A DNA stretch of 64,000 nucleotides from Anaeromyxobacteraceae bacterium (GTDB taxonomy: Bacteria; Myxococcota; Myxococcia; Myxococcales; Anaeromyxobacteraceae). The DNA lies in assembly GCA_047602405.1 (NCBI GenBank), contig JASGHJ010000002.1, forward strand, positions 448,001 through 512,000. The letters run 5' to 3'. Numbering within the stretch: the stretch's first letter is position 1; each line of letters begins with the position of its first letter. Below, in pieces: positions 25,024 to 34,502 of the stretch. Below the pieces are notes generated by a model. That model was not told the DNA's origin. It searched no databases and was given only the letters and a program-made list of their open reading frames with translations. A program made the translations under genes and the position numbers.

Positions 25024-26273
25024 CTACTGCGCCGCCGCCTGCTGGCGGAGCCAGAGCCCGAGCTTCCGGTCCGCGCCGGTCACGTGCCCGCGGAGCCAGC
25101 CCTCGAGCAGCGTCGCGAGGGTCTCGGCGGAACCCGGGGCGTCGCGCTTCGCGGCCACCTCGGTCACGCGGCGCGCGAACTGCTCGTGCTCCCAGGCGTG
25201 CCCCTCGACGTACGGGTACCCCCGGCTGCGCATGAGGTTCTCCTCGCAGCGGAAGTGCACCGAGATGTAGTCGAGGGCGAACTCGAAGAAGCTGGTCCGT
25301 CTCCTCGCGGGAGGCGTTCTCCCGCACCGCCTCGCCGTACCGCCGCGCGGTCCCGAAGAGCACCTTGTGCTGGGCGTCGATGGTCGGCTCGCCGAGCTCG
25401 AGGGAGGCGTCCCACGCGAGCGGCGCGGCCTGGCCGATCGCCTCCGCGGGCGCGGGGGGCGGCAGGTGCGGCTGGCGGATCCCGTCGAGCCACGCGCGCA
25501 GCTCGGCGAAGGCCTGCAGCCGGACCAGGCCCGGCCCGGGCTCCGGCCAGGTGCCGAGCCCGGTGAGGGCGATGGGCGTCGCGTTGCGGGCGCCGACCTC
25601 GGCGAGCTCGCGGGCCAGCCGGGCGAGGAGGGCGGGGTCCTTGTCCGCGCTCGCGTTCACGAGGACGCCCCCGGCCGGCTCGCGCGCGAGCTCCACGGTG
25701 AGAATCGTGCGCGGTCGCCGGGCCGGCGATGCGGGGCGTCCAGCCGGCCTCGGCCGCGACGAGCTCGCCGAGCGCCGCGCCGTGATGGAGCCGGTCGCCT
25801 GGCGCCGTGGAGATGAGGAGCGACGGCCGGCCGGCGATGGGCGCCAGCGGGTCGGCGAGGCCGCCGAGGGCGACCCGGAGGCGCTCGAGCGAGGCCAGCC
25901 ACTGGACGGCGGTGATCGAGCCCGACTGGCGGCGGCGGTGCAGCTCGATGATGGCGGGCCGGAGGGTGTCCCCGAAGACCGCCCACGAGCCGCTCTCGCG
26001 GCGACCTCGGACCGCGAACGCGGCGAGCTCCGCCACGGTCGTGCTGCGCAGCAGCTCGTCCGCCTGGCCCGCGGCCGGGGTGGGCCCCGACGCGGGCGGC
26101 GCGGCGAGCACCTCGAGCGCGGCGCGGGAGAAGCGGCGATGCCCGCCCTCGGTGCGCTCGGAGGCGACGAGCCCGGCCTGGGCCCAGCGCTTCAGCGTGG
26201 CGACCGAGATCTTGAGCATCGCCGCGGCTTCGGACGTCGTCAGGAACTTGCGGGTCGCGGCGGGCTGTCGCAT
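25024..26273 (-). CDS. MerR/excisionase HTH + degenerate cobalamin-binding fold + hemerythrin; two apparent frameshifts (about 25703 and 25290)
   Basis: LTTSEAAAMLKISVATLKRW...GGHRRF; IDAQH, HFRCEE, HAWEH, HVTGAD across three frames; 1250 nt minus 2 = 416 codons. Confidence 0.75.
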
Positions 26274-26598
26274 CGGAACTCCTTTCTAGCACGCCGGCGC
26301 GAGCGGCAGCGCCGCTCGCCTGCTCCGCCCGGGCGGGTGCGGCGGGTGGTCGGCGCTCGCGGGGTCGAGCCGACCCCGCGCGGTTCCGCCCCTGGCCGCT
26401 CGCGATCCGCTCGGGTGTACGAGGTGGTACGGGCCACTTCACGCAAGGTGTCGGTAACCCCACGGAGCGTGGACCGGCGACCGGCGCTCGACCGGTTGCC
26501 GTGGCGTCCGGGCGTGCGGCCAGGCAGGGGGTTGCCGCGCTCGACCGGCACCGCGGTCGACGCGCCGCCGCCGAGGGAGAGGCCTCCGAGGGCGGGGC

Positions 26599-27429
26599 CT
26601 ACGCGCGGGCGTCGAGGAACTTCTGGAGCGCGGCCCGCACGCGGTGCTCCACGTCGGGCGGGACCGGCTGGTCCTCGCCGGCCCGCTGGCAGAGCGTGAG
26701 GGTGGAGCGCAGCGAGTCGCAGCGGCCCCTGCAGTGGGGGCACCGCTTCAGGTGCTCCTCGAGCTCGGCGCACGCGCTCCCGTCGATCTCGCCCTCCATC
26801 CGGCGCGAGAAGATCTCGACCACGTCCCGGCAGCCGGGGCCGGCCGGCGCGGCGGAGGCGTCGGGGACGCCCAGCGCGGGGGCGACCGACTCCCGCACGG
26901 CGACCCGGGCGCGGTGGAGGCGGCTCTTCACGGCGTCGACCGTGAGCCCGAGCGTCTCGGCGACCTCGTTCGCGGACAGCCCCTCGACGTCGCGCAGGAC
27001 GAGCACCTCGCGGTAGCCCTCCTCGAGGTTCGAGATCGCACCGTCGAGCGCGTCCTGCAGCTCCTTGCCGGCGGCGGTCTCCTCCGGCGTGCGGGACGGG
27101 TCGGGCACCGCGTGCGCGCGCTCGGCCTGGTCGTCGAGGGAGTCGACGTGCCGGGGCGCGAACTTGCTGGTGCGGCGCCGCTTGATGCAGAAGCTCCGCG
27201 CGATCGTGTAGAGCCAGGTGGAGACGGAGGACGCGCCGCGGAAGTCGGGCAGCGTGCGCGCCGCGGCGAGCAGCGTCTCCTGCAGGACGTCGGCGGCGTC
27301 CTCCTCGTCGCCGCACATCCTCCGCCCGAAGCGGAAGACCTGCCCCTGGTGACGGGAGAGCAGCTCCTCGAGGGCACGGCGGTCACCGGCCCGGGCGGCG
27401 GCGACGAGCGCGGCGTCGTTGCTCTGCAT
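26599..27429 (-). CDS. ECF sigma factor with fused C-terminal zf-HC2 (ZAS) domain
   Basis: DAADVLQETL, STWLYTIAR, VKSRLHRAR, then C...HLKRCPHC. Confidence 0.9.
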   Translation of the reverse strand: MQSNDAALVAAARAGDRRALEELLSRHQGQVFRFGRRMCGDEEDAADVLQETLLAAARTLPDFRGASSVSTWLYTIARSFCIKRRRTSKFAPRHVDSLDDQAERAHAVPDPSRTPEETAAGKELQDALDGAISNLEEGYREVLVLRDVEGLSANEVAETLGLTVDAVKSRLHRARVAVRESVAPALGVPDASAAPAGPGCRDVVEIFSRRMEGEIDGSACAELEEHLKRCPHCRGRCDSLRSTLTLCQRAGEDQPVPPDVEHRVRAALQKFLDARA

Positions 27430-27477
27430 GCGCCGCAGCCTTAGCCGAACCCCGCGGCCAAGACAACCCGGGCGGGC

Positions 27478-28008
27478 TCAGAGGAGGAGCCGGAGCAGCA
27501 TCCCCGCGGTCGAGGTGTACCCCGCGACCGAGCGCTTCACGCGGCCCTCGCGGTCGAGGAAGTACACCGTCGGGAAAGCCTCCACGCGGAACGCCTTCAC
27601 CGTGGCGTCGTCCGCGAGGAGGACCGGGCCGGGGCCGCGAGCCTCCGGCGCGGCGCGCACCTCGGCCACGTCCTCGAACCCCGCGGCCACCTGGATCACC
27701 CGGGCGCGGTGGCCGGCGAGCCGGGCCACGCGCTCCACGTTGTCCGCCTGCGCCTTGCAGACGCCGCACCACGGCGCCCAGAACACGACCATCGCGGGCT
27801 TCCCGCGGAAGGACGCGAGCGAGACCGGCGCGCCGTCGAGGGCGGGCAGGGTGAGCTCGGGGGTGGTGCCCGCGTCGAGGTGGTGGCGGGCCTGGAACGC
27901 GCTCACCCCGAGGACGAGCGCGAGGACCCAGGCCACCTCGAGGGTGATCCTGCGCCACCGGCGCTGCCGGGGAGGGGCGGGGAGGGGCGGGGGCGGCGCG
28001 GTCGTCAC
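27478..28008 (-). CDS. Membrane-anchored TlpA-like thioredoxin
   Basis: TM helix, FWAPWCGVC, AFPT cis-Pro loop. Confidence 0.88.
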   Translation of the reverse strand: MTTAPPPPLPAPPRQRRWRRITLEVAWVLALVLGVSAFQARHHLDAGTTPELTLPALDGAPVSLASFRGKPAMVVFWAPWCGVCKAQADNVERVARLAGHRARVIQVAAGFEDVAEVRAAPEARGPGPVLLADDATVKAFRVEAFPTVYFLDREGRVKRSVAGYTSTAGMLLRLLL

Positions 28009-28056
28009 GGGGGTGAGAGCCTGGGCAGGGTCCCGGGGATGCGTCCCGGACGAGGG

Positions 28057-28545
28057 TCAGCGCACCGGGGCGGCGGCCCGGCCGAGCACGGCCCCGAGCC
28101 GCTCCAGGATCCCGAACAGCGCCTCGCAGTCGTCCCGCTCGAGCAGGGCGAGCAGCGCGGCCATGCGCTCGAGGATCCGCGCGTTCAGGGCCCGGTACGC
28201 GGCGGTCCCCTTGCGCTCGAGGTGGACCCGGACGACGCGCCGGTCGTCCTCGGCCCGCGCCCGGCGGGCGAGGCGCTCCCGCTCGAGGCGGTCGACGATG
28301 CCCGTCACGGCGCGCTCGGAGGAGCCGAGCCGCCGCGCGAGCTCCCCCATGGTGAGCGGCCCATCGCGGCCGATCCACATGAGCGCGTGGATCTGCACCG
28401 GGGTGAGCTGCATGTCCTCCACGACGCCCGCGACCGGGTCGCGCAGCGGGCTCCGCCGGCCGAGGGCGGAGAGCAGCTCGAGCAGCCGCTCCGCGTCGGC
28501 GAGGCGGCTGGACGAGATACTTTCCTTCGTGGATAATCCACGCAT
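28057..28545 (-). CDS. MarR-family regulator
   Basis: LTPVQIHAL...MGELARRL...VTGIVDRLE...DDRRVV; start uncertain (ATG 28545 chosen). Confidence 0.88.
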   Translation of the reverse strand: MRGLSTKESISSSRLADAERLLELLSALGRRSPLRDPVAGVVEDMQLTPVQIHALMWIGRDGPLTMGELARRLGSSERAVTGIVDRLERERLARRARAEDDRRVVRVHLERKGTAAYRALNARILERMAALLALLERDDCEALFGILERLGAVLGRAAAPVR

Positions 28546-28582
28546 CCGGGGTATCGTTCCCACGCCGCGGACGGCCCGTCAA
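28528..28582 (-). promoter_or_regulatory. marR promoter and palindromic operator
   Basis: TTGACG at 28582-28577; CGTGGAT-A-ATCCACG palindrome at 28528-28542 next to the start codon. Confidence 0.55.
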
Positions 28583-28658
28583 GGCGTCCCCGGCGATGAA
28601 CCCCTCGCGCGCCACCAGGGCCCGCGTTAGGACACCCGCCGCCGCACCCGAGCCGCCT

Positions 28659-29886
28659 TTGAACCCCTTGAACGAGCTTTCGACCACCTCGACCGACGGC
28701 GCCGTGTGGCTCACGCTGCTGCCCGGGCTGCTCGCCGCCGCGTACTTCCTCGGGGCGCTGGCGGTGTTCTCGGTGGTCACGCTGGTCCGCGGGCTGCCGC
28801 GCGACGCCGAGGTCGGGCCGCGCGGGCGCACCGTCATCCTCGGCTACTACCTGCGCCACTACTTCTTCTGGGCGGTGAAGCCGCTCTGGGCGGTCGTGCT
28901 GAAGAAGCGGGCTGCCCGCGACCGGCATCACGATGCTCTCGGCGCTGCTCGGGGCGGCCTCGGGCTTCGCCGCGGCCTCCGGGCACTTCGCGCTCGCCGG
29001 CTGGGTGTTCCTCTTCTCCGGCATCCTCGACACGCTCGACGGCCGGGTCGCCCGCGCCCGCAACGAGGTGACGAAGGCCGGGTCGGCCATCGACTCGATC
29101 CTCGACCGCTACACCGACTCCGCCGCGCTCATCGGCCTCGCCTGGTATTACCGGGAGAGCTGGGTCCTCCTGCCCACGCTGCTCGCGCTCTTCGGCGGCT
29201 CGATGGTCCCGTACGTGCGCGCGAAGGGGGAGAGCCTCGGTGTCCCGGTCCGCGGTGGCCAGCTCCAGCGCGCCGAGCGCGTGCTCATCCTGGGCGGCGC
29301 GCTCGCCATCTCGCCGGCCATCGAGGCCGCGGTCGGCCACGTGCGGCCGACCCACGGCCTCGTCGTGACCGCGCTCGTGTTCCTCGCGGTGGGGTCCAAC
29401 GTGACCGCCATCGCCCGGCTGGTCGAGCTCCTCCGGGCGCTGCGCGGCCCGCGCCCGGCGGGGCAGCGGCGCTGGTCCACCCAGGTGCTGCTCGGCTCGG
29501 TGGCGGCGACGCTCGCCACGGTCTTCGACTACGGCATCGTCCTCGAGCTCGTCACGAAGATCGGCATGAAGCCCGCGCTCGCCACCGGGATCGGCGCCGC
29601 GGCGGGGGGCCTGCTCAACTTCCACCTGAACCGCGTCATCACCTACCGCGCCGCCGGCGCGCAGCTGCCGCAGGCCGCGCGCTACACCGTGGTGTCGGCG
29701 ATGAGCGCGCTCCTCAACTCGGGCGGCGTGGCGGTCCTCACGATGAACCCGCAGCTCGACTTCCGCGCGGCCTGGTGGATCGTGCGCGGCGCGGTGTTCC
29801 TGCTCTGGAACCTCCCGCTGCAGCGCATCTACGTGTTCCCGCCGGAGGCGGTCCCCGCCGAGGGCGAGGGCGATGCCGCGGCCTGA
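28659..29886 (+). CDS. CDP-alcohol phosphatidyltransferase fused to GtrA-like domain; apparent frameshift near 28905
   Basis: DTLDGRVAR...GSAIDSILD motif; C-terminal 4-TM NFHLNRVITY...WNLPLQRIYVF; start uncertain. Confidence 0.8.
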
Positions 29887-30844
29887 CCTGGCGCTCGCGG
29901 CCGCCGCCGCCCTGTGGGCGGGGCCCGGGCCGGCCGTGGGCCCCCGCGACGCGCTCCGCCCGGAGCCCCTCGCCGAGGACGAGTACGTCGAGAGCTTCAC
30001 CTTCGTCGCGGACCTCGACGACGGCACCTACGTGCAGGTGCAGCTCGGGGTGACGAACATCGGGCCGGACGACCGGAACGGCTTCTGCCGCGCGTTCGTG
30101 CGCCGGCCCGGGGCCGACGCGTGGAGCGGCTCCGCCCGCGTGGGCCACCAGTGGGGGCACGGCCATCCTGCGGACGGCGGCGAGCGGCTCGACGTCGGCA
30201 CCTGCTCGGCCTCGACCGGCGCGGGGGGCACCGCGGTCCGGGCGACGCTGTCCGGCCGCACGGTCGAGCTCGCGTACCCGCAGCCGGCCGCGCCGCCCGA
30301 CGCGCCCGTGGCGGAGGTCGCCCTCGACGGCCGCCGCTACACGAGCTGGATCGTGCAGCCCGCCGGGGCCGCCTCCGTCCGGCTCGAGGGCTTCGGCGCC
30401 ACCGCCGCGCTCTCCGGCGGCGGCTTCGCCGACCACTCCCGCTCGAACGTGCCGTACCGCAAGCTCGCGCGGAGCTGGGTCCGCTTCCGCGCGCTCCGCG
30501 GGGAGCGGAAGGTGGTGGCCCTCGCGCGGCAGGCGCCCGACGGCGGCTGGACCCCGGCCTGGCTGCGGCGCGGCGACGGCCCGTCGCTGCCCCTCACCGG
30601 CGTGCAGGTGGCCCGGGGCGCGAGCGGGGCCTTCACGGTCGCCCTCGCGGGCGACCACGCGGGGCTGGTGAAGACGGTCTCGCCGGTGTACCGCTTCGCG
30701 TCGCTCTCCGAGCTCGGGCTCCTCGGCCGCATGGTCGCGCCCTTCGTGGGCAACTCGGTGACCTACACGCTCCGTGCGCGCCTCGAGCCGCCCGGCGAGG
30801 CCCCGATCGACGGCATCCTCGAGGTCTCGGTCTTCGAGGACTGA
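29873..30844 (+). CDS. Secreted beta-rich protein (possible lipocalin/Svf1/CrtC-like fold)
   Basis: Signal-like N-terminus, YVESFTFVADLDDGTYVQVQL; overlaps upstream gene. Confidence 0.6.
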   Translation: MPRPDLALAAAAALWAGPGPAVGPRDALRPEPLAEDEYVESFTFVADLDDGTYVQVQLGVTNIGPDDRNGFCRAFVRRPGADAWSGSARVGHQWGHGHPADGGERLDVGTCSASTGAGGTAVRATLSGRTVELAYPQPAAPPDAPVAEVALDGRRYTSWIVQPAGAASVRLEGFGATAALSGGGFADHSRSNVPYRKLARSWVRFRALRGERKVVALARQAPDGGWTPAWLRRGDGPSLPLTGVQVARGASGAFTVALAGDHAGLVKTVSPVYRFASLSELGLLGRMVAPFVGNSVTYTLRARLEPPGEAPIDGILEVSVFED

Positions 30845-30859
30845 CCCCATGGGTTCCCC

Positions 30860-32242
30860 ATGAACGCCCTCCTCGCGCTCCCCTTCACGATCGTCTGCGG
30901 GGCCGTGGCGCTCGCGCCCGTCGCGGCCCGCGCCGAGGGCCCGGACCTCGGCGCGCGCGCCGTGCGGGTCGAGGGGCTCACGCTCGCCGACTGCGTCGCC
31001 CGCGCGCTCGAGCGCAACGGCCAGGTCGCCGAGCTGCAGGGGAAGGTGCGGGAGTGGGAGGCGAAGGCCGCCGAGGCCCGCTCGGTCTACTACCCGAAGC
31101 TCACCGCCACCGCGTTCGGCGCCCCCATCTACGCCGTGAAGGGCGACCAGCGCACCCTCGACGTGCACCGCGACTGGTCGGACTGGGGGCCGTACCTCCG
31201 CTTCGACGGGCTCCTCACCCAGCCGCTCAGCACCTTCGGCCGCGCCGAGGCCGGCGAGGACGCGGCCCGCGAGCGGGCCGCGGTCGAGCAGGGCGCGCTC
31301 GAGCTCGCCCGGCAGAAGGTCGCGCTCGACGTGCGCCGCTACTGGCTCCTCCACCTCTACGCGCGCAGCCTGCAGCCGCTCCTCGACTCGACCGCGAAGA
31401 CGCTCGGCGAGGCCCGCGCGAAGGCGAAGGAGCTCCAGGCGGAGGATGCGGCCTCGGTGTCGCTCGTGGACCTCATGCGGCTCGAGGTCGGCTGGGCGGA
31501 GCTCGAGAAGTACCGGGTGCAGGCGGAGATTGGCGCGGGCCTCTCGCTCGCCGCGCTGAAGCAGGCGATGGGCCTGCCGCCGGAGGCGCCGCTCGTGCTC
31601 GCCGACGCCGTGCTCCCGGCGGTGCCGCCGGAGCCCCTGCCGCCGCTCGAGGAGCTCGTGCGGCTCGCCCGCGAGCGCCGCCCCGAGGCGGCCCAGCTCG
31701 CGCACGGCAGGCGCGCCGCCGAGAGCCTCGCCCGCGCCGAGGCGAAGGCGGACCTCCCGGTCATGGCGCTCGTCGGCCAGCTCCAGGCGAGCTGGACGCC
31801 GAACCGCACCGACGCCGAGAACCCCTACGCGAACGATCCCTGGAACGACCTCTACGGCGGGGTCGCGCTCGCCTTCCGCTTCGACCTCGACCCGGCCCGC
31901 TCGCACGCCCGCGCCGAGGGCGCGCGCAGCCTCGCCGCGCAGGTCGAGGGCCTCGCCCGCGTCGCCGCCACGGGCATCCCGGTGGAGGTCCGCAAGGCCC
32001 GCGACGAGGCCGACCAGGCGGCCCGCCTCGTCGCCATCGCCGACCAGGGCTCCGCCGCCGCCAAGCGCTGGATGGTCTACGCCTCCACCGCCTACGCGAC
32101 CGGCACCGGCGAGACGAAGGACCTCCTCGAGGGCGTGGCGGCGTACGCGCAGACGCGCAAGGGCTACCTCGACGCGCTCCTCGCCTACCACACCGCCCGC
32201 GCGCAGCTCGACCTCGCGACCGGCGCGCCTCCAGGCCGATAG
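30860..32242 (+). CDS. TolC-family outer membrane protein
   Basis: Signal peptide, LTLADCVARALERN, YYPKL, LTQPLSTFG, long helices, AQLDLATG end. Confidence 0.88.
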   Translation: MNALLALPFTIVCGAVALAPVAARAEGPDLGARAVRVEGLTLADCVARALERNGQVAELQGKVREWEAKAAEARSVYYPKLTATAFGAPIYAVKGDQRTLDVHRDWSDWGPYLRFDGLLTQPLSTFGRAEAGEDAARERAAVEQGALELARQKVALDVRRYWLLHLYARSLQPLLDSTAKTLGEARAKAKELQAEDAASVSLVDLMRLEVGWAELEKYRVQAEIGAGLSLAALKQAMGLPPEAPLVLADAVLPAVPPEPLPPLEELVRLARERRPEAAQLAHGRRAAESLARAEAKADLPVMALVGQLQASWTPNRTDAENPYANDPWNDLYGGVALAFRFDLDPARSHARAEGARSLAAQVEGLARVAATGIPVEVRKARDEADQAARLVAIADQGSAAAKRWMVYASTAYATGTGETKDLLEGVAAYAQTRKGYLDALLAYHTARAQLDLATGAPPGR

Positions 32243-32619
32243 ACCTCCTCCTCCTCCTTCCTGGTCTCCCCCTCCGTAGGCATGCGTGTCCGTGGGAGCC
32301 AAACGGGCCTCCGCGACAGCGCTTGCTCGGACGGGTTTGAGACGGAAGAGATCGCCGGAACCGTTGCCGTTCCACGGCGGTGATCGTGCAGCACGCCTGC
32401 GGACCATGTGCGCGTGACGACGCCGTGCGCTTCGCGCACGTCGCCGTCCTCGCGCGATGGTTCCTTGGCCTGCAATGCGAGATGTGGTGGCGGTACCTCG
32501 CCCGTCGCTCGCTGCGCGCTGCTGCGGAGGCCCGTTTGGCTCTCGGGCGGAGTGGACGGCGGTGCGGCCGTGACTGCTGGGTGGCTGGAGATGAACTGAT
32601 ATGGTTGGACCCGTCAACG

Positions 32620-32655
32620 AAGCCGGCCCGGTCGCAGGGTCGGCTTTTTCGTTTC
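32620..32655. terminator. Hairpin at the IS downstream end
   Basis: AAGCCGGCCC...GGGTCGGCTT followed by TTTCGTTT on the plus strand. Confidence 0.6.
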
Positions 32656-32656
32656 T

Positions 32657-32867
32657 GCGTTCGGGCGGCCAAGGCGGTGGTCGACCTGAACTAGAGCGAC
32701 GGCGGATCAGACTGATATTCGCGGGTTGGGTACCGCATGACCTGAATCCGTCGGGGGCTGCCTCGGTCTAACAGCGGGCATCAGGCTTCACGGCCCTGCC
32801 CATAGTTCATACGAGGATTCCCCTTTGGGCCGGACCAAGTCGTCCACCGCCCTCGCCGCCCGAACGC
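32657..32867 (-). ncRNA. Bridge/seek-type guide RNA of the IS
   Basis: 29-bp closing helix (32657-32685 with 32839-32867, 3 mismatches) enclosing two stem-internal-loop-stem domains whose loops match the flanks and the IS end. Confidence 0.82.
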
Positions 32868-32874
32868 GTCACAG

Positions 32875-33969
32875 CTACGCCTTTAGGAGTTGTGGCTGGC
32901 GCCCGATGGCCCAGACGAATCCCGCCAACTCGCGCGCGATGGCAACGACGACGCGGTTCTTGTTCATCCCGCGTCCCGTGAGCTTCCGATAGCGACCGCA
33001 GAGCCGCTCCTGGGCACGCCAGGCGATTCGCAAGACCTCCTCCGACAAGCCTCGACTTCTCTTCCTGAGGGCAGGGCTGTTCGCTGCTCGGTACCGGTAA
33101 GCCCAGGCGGCCTCGACGAGAATGCGCCGAGCGTGGCCGTTCCCGGCGCGTGTGATTCTCCCTTGCTGCCGAGTTTCTCCGCTCGAGTGTTCCGAGGGGA
33201 CGAGGCCGAGGTAGCCCATCAGCTCGGGGGCAGTGGCGAACCGGTCCAGGTCGCCGAGCTCCGCTGCGAGCACCGTGGCCGTGATGAGGTTGACGCCGCG
33301 TAGCGACTGTAGCGCCTTCACCAGGGGCATCCGGCTCCAGCTCTCCACGAGCTCCTCGATGCTGCGGGTATGCCGGCGAACCCTCTCCCCCACGTCTTCC
33401 ACCGTCTTCAGGTAGTCCTCGAGGACCCGTTGCTGCGCCTCGTGCTCGAAATGCTGGACCCGAACCCACGCCAGGTGGTCGCGAGTCCACCGTGTCTTCC
33501 CTGTCCAGCGCCGCCCATGACGGAGAAGGAACTTCCCGAGCTGGTGACGGGCTACGCGCTCAGCCTTCTTCGCGGCATCTCGCGCGCGCTCGAGATCGCG
33601 CATGGCCTCGGTGGCTTCGTCGGGCACGTGGACTTCGGTCAGGTCTCCAGACCTCAGAAACCGGGCGAGCTTCACGGCATCCCGCCGGTCGGTCTTGACG
33701 CGATCGCCGGCCTTCATAGGCACCAACGAAGGCGCGACCACGACGCATTCGACGCCGCCGGCGTTGAGCGCTCGGTAGAGCCCGAACCCTGTTGGACCAG
33801 CCTCGTAGCAGCATTTGATGGTACCGAGCCGTCGCAGGCGCTTCAGCAGTGCCGCGGTGTCGTTGGCGACGACCGCCAAAGCGCTCGGCTCTCCCCGGCC
33901 GGGCTCAGCGACCGCGATGGCGATGCTGTCTGCGTGGACGTCGAGACCGACGAATCGTACGCTCTCCAT
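32875..33969 (-). CDS. IS110-family DEDD transposase/recombinase (364 aa)
   Basis: VGLDVH, CYEAGPTG, VKTDRRDA, GLVPSEHSSG, GRITRAGN, AIARELAGFVW; GGAGG RBS. Confidence 0.96.
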   Translation of the reverse strand: MESVRFVGLDVHADSIAIAVAEPGRGEPSALAVVANDTAALLKRLRRLGTIKCCYEAGPTGFGLYRALNAGGVECVVVAPSLVPMKAGDRVKTDRRDAVKLARFLRSGDLTEVHVPDEATEAMRDLERARDAAKKAERVARHQLGKFLLRHGRRWTGKTRWTRDHLAWVRVQHFEHEAQQRVLEDYLKTVEDVGERVRRHTRSIEELVESWSRMPLVKALQSLRGVNLITATVLAAELGDLDRFATAPELMGYLGLVPSEHSSGETRQQGRITRAGNGHARRILVEAAWAYRYRAANSPALRKRSRGLSEEVLRIAWRAQERLCGRYRKLTGRGMNKNRVVVAIARELAGFVWAIGRQPQLLKA

Positions 33970-34502
33970 GGTTGGACCCGCCTCCCGCTGTGGCTCTGCG
34001 CCGTGGGGTTTCGCAGCTTCGCGGAGTAACCCACGTTCGCGTGACAGCGGGTCCAACCATTCTGTCTAACGGTGGAGCGAAGGCGCCTACGGAGAGAGAA
34101 GAACGGCATCACCGTCACCGCTCGTGCGTCAGTCTCTCCGCTGCCGCCTCATCACCATCAGTTCAGCACTTGCTACCCAGCATCTACGGCCGATCTCAGT
34201 GCAATGCATCCGTGGGCGAGACGTGCCCCCGCAGCGCCGGCCGGCGGAGGTCGGGCTCTCCACGTGTCCAGTATCTCAGCGAATGCAGGCCAAGGGATGT
34301 GGGCGTGTGACGGCATGGCGCGCGCAGCGCGCTGTGCCGTCACGCGCAACTCAACCGCAGGCCTGCCGCGGCCTGAACGATCGCAGCGGCCCCGGTCCCG
34401 GGCGTCTGTTCCATACACGGACCGACGCAGCCGGCCGGCGTCGCGGGGGCGCGTCGAGCCCCCTCGGCACCGCACCTCCCTCGAGCCTGGAGGAGCGTGA
34501 GG

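Larger units (their letters stand above)
32596..34067 (-). mobile_element. IS110-family insertion sequence, IS1111 type (about 1.47 kb)
   Basis: 13-bp perfect subterminal inverted repeats ATGGTTGGACCCG (32601-32613 and 34048-34060), CT core at both ends (32596-97, 34066-67), DEDD transposase, long 3' non-coding region, lower GC. Confidence 0.93.

Noticed and set aside
32380..32694. Short ORFs beside and across the IS end
   Set aside because: No motifs, atypical codon use, and they cross the element boundary.
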